A stretch of 64,000 bases of DNA from NCBI GenBank assembly GCA_018221045.1, contig JAAOXT010000004.1:25117-89116 (forward strand). Direction: 5' to 3'. A program made the position numbers and the translations under genes. Shown piece by piece: positions 10,014-19,215 of this stretch. This DNA comes from Nanobdellota archaeon. Its GTDB lineage: Archaea; Nanobdellota; Nanobdellia; JAAOXT01. Below the pieces are notes generated by a model. It made no database searches. It was not told the DNA's origin and was given only the letters and a program-made list of their open reading frames with translations. Within the stretch, counting starts at the first letter, position 1; every line of letters starts with the position of its first letter.

Positions 10014-11363
10014 TTAGTAAAGGAACGCTTTGTTGATGGTTGCTTCACTGATTTCACCCGCAAAATTTTTTTTAATCAATTCTTTCGCTTGACTTGGTTC
10101 ATGATTGGCTAGGAGCCAAGCCAGTTTAACCAGGGCTGTTTCGGGATGCATGTCTTCGCAAAAAACTGCTCCCGCCCTGTTAAGTAAGCGAAGATTTCTG
10201 TAAACGTAAGGGTTGACCCTGCCATAAATCGTTTGCGTTGTAATCGCGACCACCACACCTTTTTTAACGGCTTTTTTAACCCATGGAAGCCAAGAAAGTT
10301 TTTTGTCAAAGGATTTTGTTTTATCCGAGCTCTCGCCTGTTGGCACGTGACCCAGACCCGTGCCTTCAATGATAATCCCTTTATAACCCTTTTTTATGTA
10401 CCAATCCATTATTTCAGGGTTGCTTCCTGGAAAAACTTTTATCAAACCCACTTTGGAAAAACCTGTTTTAAGAATGGTTTTTGAATCAGACCTTCTCGTA
10501 TAACGCTGATTCAGTATTTCTATCCTGCCGTTAGGCCATATTTTTGCTAAAGGTAAATCGTTTATTGGTCTGAAAGCGTCTCTGCGAGATGAATGCATTT
10601 TCCTTACTTTTGTTCCGCGTATGGCCAAACAGTAGTCGTCCTCGCTTGAACCGTGCATTATGGTCGCCACTTCAGCTATTTTGGATTTGCAGTAATGAGC
10701 CGCGCACAAAAGGTTCATGCTGCCATCAAAAGACCCTCTGTCAGGGGAGCGTTGAGCTCCTACGACTGCAACTGGTTTTGAAAGTTTTTGAAGTGAGAAA
10801 GAAAGAGCTGCAGAAAGATAATGCATTGTATCCGTTCCCACTGTTACTATCACGCTGTCAACGCTCTTCTTGTTGACTTCTCTGGCAACCATGCCAGCTA
10901 TTTCCTGCCATTGCTCAGGAGTTATGTCTTCGCTCGCAATAGTAAAAGGACTTAACATCCTAACAATGTTCACCACTTTACTTATCCTCGGAACTGTAGC
11001 GATTATCTGCTCAGGGGTTCTGCACATGAAAACGCCTCCAGTCTTGTAATCCACGTGCGTCCCTATTGTCCCACCAGTAGCTATCAAAACCACGTTTGGC
11101 AAACCTTTCTTCCTCGTTATTTTAATTGAAGGTATGGAAGCAATCTTTTCCCCGCGGCTAATAAGCTCTATTTTCTTCACGTTCTTAAATTCCACAAAAC
11201 GATTATACCCATTACTTAATTTCAAGACCAAACCATCTTCTTCAGAATTGGGAATGAGTACTCCATCAAACCCTTCTTCTTTTTTCGTGATAACTCTTAC
11301 TTTATCTAAAACACGAATATTTTTATCAGAAAAATTCTTAATCTTTTCAATATAAGTCATCAA
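10014..11363 (-). CDS. gatD: Glutamyl-tRNA(Gln) amidotransferase subunit D
   Basis: Asparaginase-like core (IATGGTIG...VTVGTDTMHY) after a GatD-specific N-terminal domain. Confidence 0.9.
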   Translation of the reverse strand: MMTYIEKIKNFSDKNIRVLDKVRVITKKEEGFDGVLIPNSEEDGLVLKLSNGYNRFVEFKNVKKIELISRGEKIASIPSIKITRKKGLPNVVLIATGGTIGTHVDYKTGGVFMCRTPEQIIATVPRISKVVNIVRMLSPFTIASEDITPEQWQEIAGMVAREVNKKSVDSVIVTVGTDTMHYLSAALSFSLQKLSKPVAVVGAQRSPDRGSFDGSMNLLCAAHYCKSKIAEVATIMHGSSEDDYCLAIRGTKVRKMHSSRRDAFRPINDLPLAKIWPNGRIEILNQRYTRRSDSKTILKTGFSKVGLIKVFPGSNPEIMDWYIKKGYKGIIIEGTGLGHVPTGESSDKTKSFDKKLSWLPWVKKAVKKGVVVAITTQTIYGRVNPYVYRNLRLLNRAGAVFCEDMHPETALVKLAWLLANHEPSQAKELIKKNFAGEISEATINKAFLY

Positions 11364-11494
11364 ATCAATTGTAAGCCTGCAATCTTAATAAATATTATCT
11401 CAAAACTCATTTGTTCATCAAAAACCGTTTTTTCTGAACATTCCATTTTCCTGAATCCGACAACCAAAAACCCTGTTTTAACCAAATGATAAGG

Positions 11495-11502
11495 TTTATA
11501 AA
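11495..11502 (+). promoter_or_regulatory. Candidate TATA box for lrp (near-leaderless transcript)
   Basis: TTTATAAA ends 26 nt upstream of ATG 11528. The same GTTTATA-type element recurs upstream of the tRNAs. Confidence 0.4.
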
Positions 11503-11527
11503 TTAAAATTGAACAAATGTTCATGCA

Positions 11528-11968
11528 ATGGCTAAGCGGGTTGAAGACGAGCTTTTAGAAGAGTTAAAAAAGGACGCTAGAAAATCTTATAGAGATATTG
11601 CTAAAGCCTTAGGGCTTGCCGTTGGAACAATTTCCAAGAAAGTAAAAGAGCTTGAGAAATCGGGCATTATCAAAGGTTACGTCCCAATTCTTGATTTGGA
11701 CAAGCTAGGATTCACCCTAACAACTATCGTCGGAATCAAAATAAAAAAGGGTCGCTCAGACCCTCTAGCGCGCAAATTAAGCGGAAACTCAAATGTTTTA
11801 GCAATTTATGAAGTTACAGGAGGATTTGATTTAATAATTATTGCCAAGTTCAAAAACAAGACGGCTCTCAACCATTTTCTCAAAATACTGAACTTCGCTG
11901 AAGAAGTTGAAAGGACGGAAACGTTCATCTCTCTTAACAATTGTAAAGAAAACTATTTGACAAAATAA
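11528..11968 (+). CDS. lrp: Lrp/AsnC family transcriptional regulator
   Basis: N-terminal HTH (YRDIAKALGLAVGTISKKVKELEKSGIIKGY) plus a C-terminal RAM/AsnC domain. Confidence 0.85.
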   Translation: MAKRVEDELLEELKKDARKSYRDIAKALGLAVGTISKKVKELEKSGIIKGYVPILDLDKLGFTLTTIVGIKIKKGRSDPLARKLSGNSNVLAIYEVTGGFDLIIIAKFKNKTALNHFLKILNFAEEVERTETFISLNNCKENYLTK

Positions 11969-12123
11969 AAGTATATAATCTAGAATATAATTGTTTTTAA
12001 ATACTCGCGTACTTAACTTTTTTTGCGTTGTAATTCTTTATATCCTTCTGTTAGGACTCTCGAATAACAAAGAACTAAAGAGATGTAGATGTATATAAAC
12101 ATTTCGGGGGAAACATAGCGAAA

Positions 12124-13197
12124 ATGGATTTCATCGTGCAAAACGCGTTAAAAAACACAAACGAAATAAACTGGGAAGAAGGCCTGCTAGGCCAAGCCAA
12201 CATAAAAGTTATAGGAGTAGGAGGTGCAGGCAATAATATGGCCGACTGGTTGTACAGAAAAGGCGTCCGGGGAGCAGAGATTATTTCAGCTAACACTGAT
12301 AAACAGCACTTAGATGCGAGAGAAGCAGACATCAAAATATTAATCGGCAAAGATGTCACGCGTGGATTAGGAGCTGGCGGTTATCCGCAAAAAGGTGAAG
12401 AAGCTGCAAGAGAATCATCTCAAGAGCTTAAAGACGCTTTGAAGAATTGCGACATGCTCTTCCTATGCGCTGGCATGGGAGGCGGGACGGGTACAGGTGC
12501 AGCAGCGCCTATCGCAAAAATCGCCAAAGAAATGGGCGCCATAGTGATAGGTGTTGTCACGATGCCTTTTAAGATAGAAAAGGCCCGAATAGATAAAGCA
12601 GAATGGGGTTTAAAACAACTGAGACAAGTTTCCGACACGGTGATAGTCATAGACAACAACAGACTGGTTGACTTTGCTGGAAGTCTTCCGATTGCGCAAG
12701 CGTTCGCTGTTGCGAATGAGTTGGTCGCAACGATGATTAAAGGAATTGTCGAGACCATTGCCATACCCTCTCTGGTTAACTTAGATTTCGCTGACGTTAA
12801 AGCGATAATGAATGGAGGCGACGTATCCGTGATAGGTGTAGGCGAGAGCGACACTGAAGGACGCGTCAAAGAAGCTGTTAACAAAGCCTTAATGAACCCA
12901 TTATTGGACGTTAGCTACGAAGGTTCCACTGGAGCGCTCATACACATATGTGGCGGGCCAGACTTGACCTTGGAAGAAGTTAATCAAATAGGTGAGATGG
13001 TCACGGCGTCCTTGGACCCTGATGCTCAGGTAATCTGGGGAGCAAGAATTCTTGACAACATGTCAGGCAAATTGCGAGTAATGACAATAGTTACTGGAGT
13101 AACCTCCCCATTTATTCTGGGACCAACTAAGACAGCGAAACAAGACCACGTAATGAGGTCGCAAGTTTCGGAAGAACTAGGAATAAGAATGCTGTAA
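12124..13197 (+). CDS. ftsZ: Cell division GTPase FtsZ (paralog A)
   Basis: GVGGAGNN and GMGGGTGTGAAP tubulin signature. Confidence 0.9.
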   Translation: MDFIVQNALKNTNEINWEEGLLGQANIKVIGVGGAGNNMADWLYRKGVRGAEIISANTDKQHLDAREADIKILIGKDVTRGLGAGGYPQKGEEAARESSQELKDALKNCDMLFLCAGMGGGTGTGAAAPIAKIAKEMGAIVIGVVTMPFKIEKARIDKAEWGLKQLRQVSDTVIVIDNNRLVDFAGSLPIAQAFAVANELVATMIKGIVETIAIPSLVNLDFADVKAIMNGGDVSVIGVGESDTEGRVKEAVNKALMNPLLDVSYEGSTGALIHICGGPDLTLEEVNQIGEMVTASLDPDAQVIWGARILDNMSGKLRVMTIVTGVTSPFILGPTKTAKQDHVMRSQVSEELGIRML

Positions 13198-13230
13198 AAA
13201 AAAAGTAAACGCACCCCCAAACCTTTTAGG

Positions 13231-13246
13231 AGTCCCTTCGGGGGCT
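13231..13246 (+). terminator. Hairpin AGTCCC-TTCG-GGGGCT followed by T-rich tracts, downstream of ftsZ
   Basis: 6-bp stem (one G-U pair) with a UUCG loop. CTTTTT follows 15 nt later. Read directly from the sequence. Confidence 0.3.
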
Positions 13247-13311
13247 TCCTTCTTCCCCAACTTTTTGGAAAACCAAAATATTAATTAATCCTACTTGCTC
13301 ATGTTTTAGTT

Positions 13312-14100
13312 ATGACAAGAATCATAGTTCTTGCCTCAGGCAAAGGCGGGGTTGGAAAAACAACTCTAACCATTAATCTTGCCGCCGCGTTAACTTGGTT
13401 GGGCGAGGACACCCTTATAATAGACGCTAATCTCACGACGCCTAACATAGCCTTACAATTAGGAATGCCCACTCCAAACAAAACTTTGCACAGCGTGCTA
13501 AGAGGAGAATCAGACATCAAAGAAGTCGTTTACTTCCACCCTCCAAGCGGGCTAAAAGTCATTCCAGCAGGACTATCATTAAAAGATTTGAAATCGCATT
13601 ACGCGAAGAAACTGGAAAAAGTCATTTTAGACCTGATCGGCGCTGTTGACAACATCATCATAGACTCTCCCGCAGGGCTAACCGACATTACGAGAAGAGC
13701 TATTGAAGCAGGGGACGAATTACTTGTGCTCACCATTCCTGAAATGCCCGCATTGACAGACGCTTTGAAAACAGTTGAAATAGCAAAAGAAGCGGGCACC
13801 AAAATCATTGGAGTGGTTGTGAACAGGGTGAAAAACGTTAAAGAAGAACTTCACCCGCGAGACATAGAACAATTCTTAGAAGTACCTGTATTTGGAGTGA
13901 TTCCGGAGGACAAAAACATGCAGAAAGCGTTAAGAAAAAATGTTCCTTTACTGCTCTCATACCCTCACAGCGATGCCAGCATCGCGATAAAAAAGATTGC
14001 TGCAAAACTAGTTGGCAAAGAATACGATATTATTGAAAGCCCTGTAGGGGTTAGAAGAAGGCTCAGAAAGTTTCTCAGAAAAGTTCTGAGAAGAAAATAA
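13312..14100 (+). CDS. minD: MinD/ParA-family ATPase (archaeal MinD-like)
   Basis: Deviant Walker A SGKGGVGKTT. About 260 aa. Confidence 0.85.
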   Translation: MTRIIVLASGKGGVGKTTLTINLAAALTWLGEDTLIIDANLTTPNIALQLGMPTPNKTLHSVLRGESDIKEVVYFHPPSGLKVIPAGLSLKDLKSHYAKKLEKVILDLIGAVDNIIIDSPAGLTDITRRAIEAGDELLVLTIPEMPALTDALKTVEIAKEAGTKIIGVVVNRVKNVKEELHPRDIEQFLEVPVFGVIPEDKNMQKALRKNVPLLLSYPHSDASIAIKKIAAKLVGKEYDIIESPVGVRRRLRKFLRKVLRRK

Positions 14101-14145
14101 ATAGTTTTTTAAAAAACCTTTTTTTCAAATATGTTTTAAGATATA

Positions 14146-16542
14146 ATGGAAGGCAAGTACGACGCGTTAAAAACCGAGAAGAAATGGCAGGAATACTGGA
14201 AAAAACAAAGAACTTTTGCTTTCAACCCTAAGAGCAAAAAAACTGTCTTCTCCTTGGACACTCCTCCACCCACTGTTTCAGGTAAAATGCACGTTGGACA
14301 CGCTTTCGGGTACTCGCAAGCGGATTTCGTCATGCGGTACAAACGCATGCAAGGATTCAACATTTTTTACCCATTCGGTTTTGATGACAACGGGCTACCC
14401 ACTGAGAGATACGTTGAAAAAAAGTTGGGTGTGCGGGCTACGAGCATGTCACGGCAAGAGTTCATCAAGCTCTGCCTTAAAGAAACTAAGGAAGCGGAAA
14501 AAGAACTGATTAAGGACTTCATGAGCATCGGGCTCTCCCCTGACTGGAATCTTCATTATAGAACCATTGATGATTGGAGTCAAAAAGTTTCTCAACGAAG
14601 CTTCATAGACCTTTACAAGAAAGGAGTGGAGTACCGCAAGGAATCCCCGACGCTTTGGTGCCCGAAATGCGAGACAGCTGTCGCGCAAATCGAGCTGGAG
14701 GACAAGCAAGCAAAAACGTTTTTCAACGACATAATATTCCACACCCTTTCAGGACGAAAAATCATTATTTCCACCACTCGTCCCGAACTATTGCCCGCGT
14801 GCGTCGCGGTTTTCGTCCACCCTGACGATAAGAAAAACAAGAAACTGGTTGGCAAGGAACTAATCGTTCCTTTATTTGATTTCCGTGTTCCAGTGCTCGC
14901 TGACCAGAGAGTTGACTTAAAAAAAGGGAGTGGAGTCGTTATGTGCTGCACTTTCGGCGACCAAACTGACATGGAATGGTACATGGCGCACAAACTGCAA
15001 TTAAAAATGGCTATCGACAAGTCAGGAAGAATGACCAAAATAGCTGGAAGGTACGCTGGCTTAAAGGTTAAAGAAGCTAGGGAAAGAATTGTTCAGGAAT
15101 TGAAAGACGCTGGTTTATTAACTGGCCAGGAAGAAATCGTTCACGACGTTAAGGTTCATGAGCGTTGCGGAAGCCCTTTCGAGATATTGAACAGCAAGCA
15201 ATGGTACATCAAGTACACGGACATGAAAAAAGAGTTGTTGGCTGCTGGAAGGAAGCTTGAATGGCATCCTTCTCACATGAGGAATCGTTATGATAATTGG
15301 ATTAAAGGCTCTCAGTGGGACTGGTGCATATCCCGTCAAAGGTTTTACGGAATCCCTTTCCCTGTATGGTACTGCAAGTGCGGAGAAGTCATCTTAGCTG
15401 AGGACTCGCAACTTCCTGTTGACCCGACCAGCGACCAACCCAAAAAACCTTGCCCTAAATGCGGGTCCAAAAACTTTACGCCAGAAAAAGATGTGATGGA
15501 CACTTGGACTACTTCTGCTTTGACCCCAATGATTGCGCTCAGGTGGGTGGACGACCCCAAATTTTTTGGTAAAATGTTTCCCATGAGTTTGCGCAGCAAC
15601 GGGCATGACATAATAACTTTCTGGCTTTTCAGAACACTGCTCAAAGGCCTTTTACACGAGGACAAGATTCCTTGGGGTGCTGCCATGATTAACGGGTGGG
15701 TGCTCGACCCTAAGGGCAAGAAGATGAGCAAATCTAAAGGAAACACGGTCAACCCTCAAAAAGTTTTGGACAAGTTCGGGGCTGACGCGTTCCGCTTCTT
15801 CGCTGCGAGCGCCAAGCTGGGCGAGGACACTCCTTACAGGGAGAAAGAAGTGGTTAGCGGCAAGAAAACCATCACGAAACTGTGGAATCTTTCAAAATTC
15901 TGCTTCACTCACTTGAAAGACTACAAGCCAGGCCCGAAACCCAAATTAACGCTGGTGGACGAATGGGTTTTATCCAAACTGCAGGAAGTGATTGAAACAG
16001 CCACCCAAGGTTTTGAACGTTACGATTTCTCAAAGGATAAAAGCGCGGTGGATAATTTTATGTGGAGCGTTTTCGCAAGCAATTATTTGGAAATGGTCAA
16101 GTACCGCTTGTACGGGAACTTGTCTTCTAAGAAAGCCGCGCAGTACACGCTTTACAAAGTTTTATTGGACGTTTTGAAGTTGTTCGCCCCGATAATGCCT
16201 CACGTGACCGAAGAACTGTACCAAACTTTTTTCAAGAAGCACGAAAAGAAAGAAAGCATTCATTTAACCAATTGGCCTAAAACAAGTAAAAGAAATAAAG
16301 AAGCGGAAAAAGCGGGTGACCTCGCCGTCGAAATCGTCAGCGCTGTCCGCAAGTTCAAGAACCATGCTCAAAAAAGTTTGAAAGAACCTGTAAAAATTGT
16401 TATCCAAGCTTCCTCAAATGACAGGGAACTCTTAGAAAAAGTGTTGGAAGATGTTCGAGCAGCTACTCACTCGAAAATCGTTTTCGGCAAAGCCAGTCAA
16501 ATCAAGCTTGATAAAGTGAAACTGGACGTTGAGTTCATTTAA
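14146..16542 (+). CDS. valS: Valyl-tRNA synthetase
   Basis: TPPPTVSGKMHVGHA (HIGH), KMSKSKGN and WCISRQRFYGIPFPVWYC. About 800 aa. Confidence 0.9.
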   Translation: MEGKYDALKTEKKWQEYWKKQRTFAFNPKSKKTVFSLDTPPPTVSGKMHVGHAFGYSQADFVMRYKRMQGFNIFYPFGFDDNGLPTERYVEKKLGVRATSMSRQEFIKLCLKETKEAEKELIKDFMSIGLSPDWNLHYRTIDDWSQKVSQRSFIDLYKKGVEYRKESPTLWCPKCETAVAQIELEDKQAKTFFNDIIFHTLSGRKIIISTTRPELLPACVAVFVHPDDKKNKKLVGKELIVPLFDFRVPVLADQRVDLKKGSGVVMCCTFGDQTDMEWYMAHKLQLKMAIDKSGRMTKIAGRYAGLKVKEARERIVQELKDAGLLTGQEEIVHDVKVHERCGSPFEILNSKQWYIKYTDMKKELLAAGRKLEWHPSHMRNRYDNWIKGSQWDWCISRQRFYGIPFPVWYCKCGEVILAEDSQLPVDPTSDQPKKPCPKCGSKNFTPEKDVMDTWTTSALTPMIALRWVDDPKFFGKMFPMSLRSNGHDIITFWLFRTLLKGLLHEDKIPWGAAMINGWVLDPKGKKMSKSKGNTVNPQKVLDKFGADAFRFFAASAKLGEDTPYREKEVVSGKKTITKLWNLSKFCFTHLKDYKPGPKPKLTLVDEWVLSKLQEVIETATQGFERYDFSKDKSAVDNFMWSVFASNYLEMVKYRLYGNLSSKKAAQYTLYKVLLDVLKLFAPIMPHVTEELYQTFFKKHEKKESIHLTNWPKTSKRNKEAEKAGDLAVEIVSAVRKFKNHAQKSLKEPVKIVIQASSNDRELLEKVLEDVRAATHSKIVFGKASQIKLDKVKLDVEFI

Positions 16543-16917
16543 TTAAAAGTCTATAAAAGGTCCGTTCTTAATCTCTGACATGTACTCGCCCTTTCTTTCT
16601 CTTATGACGAGCTCCCAGACATCTCCCAAAGGCGAGTCTTTTATTTGAGAGTAAGCGCAGACCACGTGTTCTCCATCCAAGTTTTCCAGCACTGGCTCTT
16701 TACAAGGCATTATTTCAAGTATTTTGCCATCTTTTTCCAGAATGGTTCGCGGATAAAAAATTGCTGCACCACATCTTCCAGGATCTTCAGATTCAAAGGT
16801 TTTTTTGACTTCTTCTTCAACCATGTCTTCAGCAATAATTTTTTCCAAAAACCTGTCTAGTCCCTCTGGCTCTTGAAGTTTGCCGTGAATCTTCTGCATT
16901 CTTGGTCTTGCTGGCAC
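16543..16917 (-). CDS. Hypothetical protein
   Basis: 124-aa ORF with normal composition. No family recognised. Confidence 0.45.
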   Translation of the reverse strand: MPARPRMQKIHGKLQEPEGLDRFLEKIIAEDMVEEEVKKTFESEDPGRCGAAIFYPRTILEKDGKILEIMPCKEPVLENLDGEHVVCAYSQIKDSPLGDVWELVIRERKGEYMSEIKNGPFIDF

Positions 16918-16951
16918 GTCACTTAATGCCAGCAGTTCTTATTAAAAAATT

Positions 16952-17644
16952 TTATTGTAACGTGAAGTATAACCTGCGATTATTCTTTCCCTTGTTTTGC
17001 GCGCGAGTTATCACTATTCTTCCGATTTCATTGATGTTTTTGACGTGAGTTCCTGCGCACGCCTGCATGTCCAAACCTTTAATCTTAACCACTCGAATGG
17101 TTTTCACAAATAAAGGTATTAAATTGACTTTGGTGCGAATCAAGTCTGGTTCCTTATCCGCTCTTTCGCGTGGCATGAATTCGAAGCTCACTTCCGCTCC
17201 TTTATCGATTAAAAGGTTGGCTTTTTTGACTGCTTGCCCCAGTTTTTCGCGGTCAAATTCCGGGATCGTGTAGTCGTCTCTAGACTCTTCGAGCCCGAGT
17301 TGGCCTCCGCTAATCTCTCCTCCAAGGTCTTCCCACACTACTTTGGATAATACGTGGACCGCGGTGTGCATTCTCATCATCTTGTAACGTCTTTCCCAGT
17401 CAATGATTCCACGCACTTCGTCTCCCGCTTTCAGGTCGTGGTCTTTGACTTCGTGAATTATTCTTCCCTTATCTTTCCTAACGTGCACCACTTCATGATT
17501 GTTCAGTGTTCCCAGATCGCAGAGTTGCCCCCCGCTTTCAGGGTAAAACGCTGTTCTGTCGAGTTCTATTTCGTTGCCGTTCACGCTGGTGACCTCGGCG
17601 CCAAATTCTTTCAAATAACAATCCTTCAAGTACAGTGCTTCCAT
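16952..17644 (-). CDS. alaX: Alanyl-tRNA editing protein AlaX
   Basis: HTAVHVL (HxxxH) and CAGTHV (CxxxH) zinc motifs. 230 aa. Confidence 0.85.
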   Translation of the reverse strand: MEALYLKDCYLKEFGAEVTSVNGNEIELDRTAFYPESGGQLCDLGTLNNHEVVHVRKDKGRIIHEVKDHDLKAGDEVRGIIDWERRYKMMRMHTAVHVLSKVVWEDLGGEISGGQLGLEESRDDYTIPEFDREKLGQAVKKANLLIDKGAEVSFEFMPRERADKEPDLIRTKVNLIPLFVKTIRVVKIKGLDMQACAGTHVKNINEIGRIVITRAQNKGKNNRRLYFTLQ

Positions 17645-18351
17645 CCTAGCTTCCTCATAATTTTTTCAACATAAAAATTGTTTGGTTCCATGCCAAAACC
17701 TTTTATGTCTTCCCAGTAATCGTAAACCGCTCGCATCGCGTCATAAGGTATTTCTCTCAGTCTTGACAGTTCCAAAACATGGTTTGAAAAGGGAATCATT
17801 AAACCCAGCAATACTGCTTTGTTCTCAGCTCTTTCCCGAACCTGGCCGTAACCTTTCTCATCCAATCGCGTCTCTGACATGATCATTAAAACGTTGAAAT
17901 GGCTTTCCAGCGATTCTTTGAATTGGTCTTGCAAGTAATCGTGTCCTTTTCTGAAGTGCTGAGCTATTTTCACGGGCAGCTCGTGGGATACTGAGTAGAG
18001 ACTGCAAATCCTACCAAATGATTTGACGAGCTTGGCTTCTTTCGGTCTCGTAATTATTCTTTGGTTCATCAGCATTGGCTCGTACTCGCCGTAAAACCAT
18101 GTTTTTCTCACGCTGTCGGACAATTTTCCCTCGCTTGGCAGGACATCCATAACAAGCAGCGCTCCTAACGCGTATTCGGCAACGCTCTTCTTTGTTTGTG
18201 GGAACAGGGTTTCAAACTTTTCTTTCAAGATTTTTTTGTCCTCATCGCAAAGATTCTCTATTAGTAAAAGATTTTTTTCAAGCTCACAACTTCTATTGAT
18301 TTCGCGAATCAGCTTGTTAAGGGAAAGACTTAGCCCTTCATTAACCCTCAT
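17626..18351 (-). CDS. Hypothetical protein
   Basis: 241-aa ORF. No family recognised. Confidence 0.45.
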   Translation of the reverse strand: MRVNEGLSLSLNKLIREINRSCELEKNLLLIENLCDEDKKILKEKFETLFPQTKKSVAEYALGALLVMDVLPSEGKLSDSVRKTWFYGEYEPMLMNQRIITRPKEAKLVKSFGRICSLYSVSHELPVKIAQHFRKGHDYLQDQFKESLESHFNVLMIMSETRLDEKGYGQVRERAENKAVLLGLMIPFSNHVLELSRLREIPYDAMRAVYDYWEDIKGFGMEPNNFYVEKIMRKLGWKHCT

Positions 18352-18528
18352 TTAATTAGAAAAAAATGATTTTTTTTCTCTTTTAATGTTTGCTTTTTTT
18401 TAAAAGAAGATAGTGAATGAAAAAGTTTATAAATCGTGCTTCTAACCTTTTATTATTACAATGAAAAGCGGTGAGTGCGTTCATCAACAGTGATTTCACT
18501 AGCCTTGCTTATATTGAACCCGTTCTCG

Positions 18529-18541
18529 AAAAGTTTATAGG
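18529..18541 (+). promoter_or_regulatory. Candidate BRE/TATA (AAAAGTTTATAGG) for tRNA-His
   Basis: Ends 27 nt upstream of the tRNA 5' end. Confidence 0.35.
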
Positions 18542-18567
18542 TGTAGAGCGGGGTTTTGTTCATAATT

Positions 18568-18640
18568 GGTCTGGGTAGTCTAGTGGTTAGGATAGCGGGT
18601 TGTGGTCCCGTTGACCCGAGTTCGAATCTCGGCCCGGACC
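18568..18640 (+). tRNA. tRNA-His (GUG) with a genomically encoded G-1
   Basis: Hand-folded. Acceptor GTCTGGG/CCCGGAC. An extra 5' G pairs with discriminator C73. Anticodon loop TTGTGGT. T arm CCGAG-TTCGAAT-CTCGG. No intron and no encoded CCA. Confidence 0.9.
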
Positions 18641-18687
18641 CTTCTAAACTCAAAAACTTAAAAATGGGTGCGACCAAATATCTAAGC

Positions 18688-19215
18688 ATGAAAGTTTTTG
18701 TCGGCTCAACCAATCCAGCCAAGATAAACGCTGCGAAAAAAGTTTTTGAAAAGGTTTTCGGACAAATCGAAGTGGAAGGAATGAAAACCGGGTCTGGCGT
18801 CAACGCCCAGCCAATGAACGACAACGAAATCATTCAAGGAGCAGTCAACCGGGCAGTCATGGCCTACCAAAAAAACGGTTTCGGGGTCGGACTGGAAGGA
18901 GGAATCATTCAAGTACAAACAGTTTATTACACGAAAGGATGGGTTGCAATCACTAATGGCAAAAAAACAGGTCTTGCAAGCACCGTATCCATCCCTCTGC
19001 CTAACAGCATTGTCTCACAAGTTTTAGAAGGAGTGGAGTTAGGAGAAGTTATTGATAAGCTCGAAGGCCGAAAAGGAATTGGGAAGAAAGAAGGGGTTAT
19101 TGGACTGCTGACAAAAAACTATGTGACCAGAACCGATTTTTTCGAACAAGCATTGTTTTGCGCGCTAGCCCCATTTTACAACGAAAAAGCGTATGAAGGA
19201 GGATTTGGAAGATGA
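18688..19215 (+). CDS. yjjX: Inosine/xanthosine triphosphatase (YjjX/DUF84 family NTPase)
   Basis: MKVFVGSTNPAKINAAKKVF...QP...GLEGG...GWVAI...RKGIGKKEGVIGLLT aligns along its length with my memory of E. coli YjjX. The track ORF start (18556) runs through the tRNA and is rejected. ATG 18664 is an alternative start. Confidence 0.8.
   Translation: MKVFVGSTNPAKINAAKKVFEKVFGQIEVEGMKTGSGVNAQPMNDNEIIQGAVNRAVMAYQKNGFGVGLEGGIIQVQTVYYTKGWVAITNGKKTGLASTVSIPLPNSIVSQVLEGVELGEVIDKLEGRKGIGKKEGVIGLLTKNYVTRTDFFEQALFCALAPFYNEKAYEGGFGR

Noticed and set aside
12420-12884. Minus-strand 154-aa ORF inside ftsZ (and the similar 48641-48937 + ORF inside the second ftsZ)
   Set aside because: Both are antisense to unambiguous FtsZ coding sequence.
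18456-18833. Minus-strand ORF 18456-18833 and the first 36-44 codons of ORF 18556-19215
   Set aside because: Both read through the tRNA-His gene (GSLVVRIAGCGPVDPSSNLGP is translated tRNA). The real CDS starts downstream of the tRNA.
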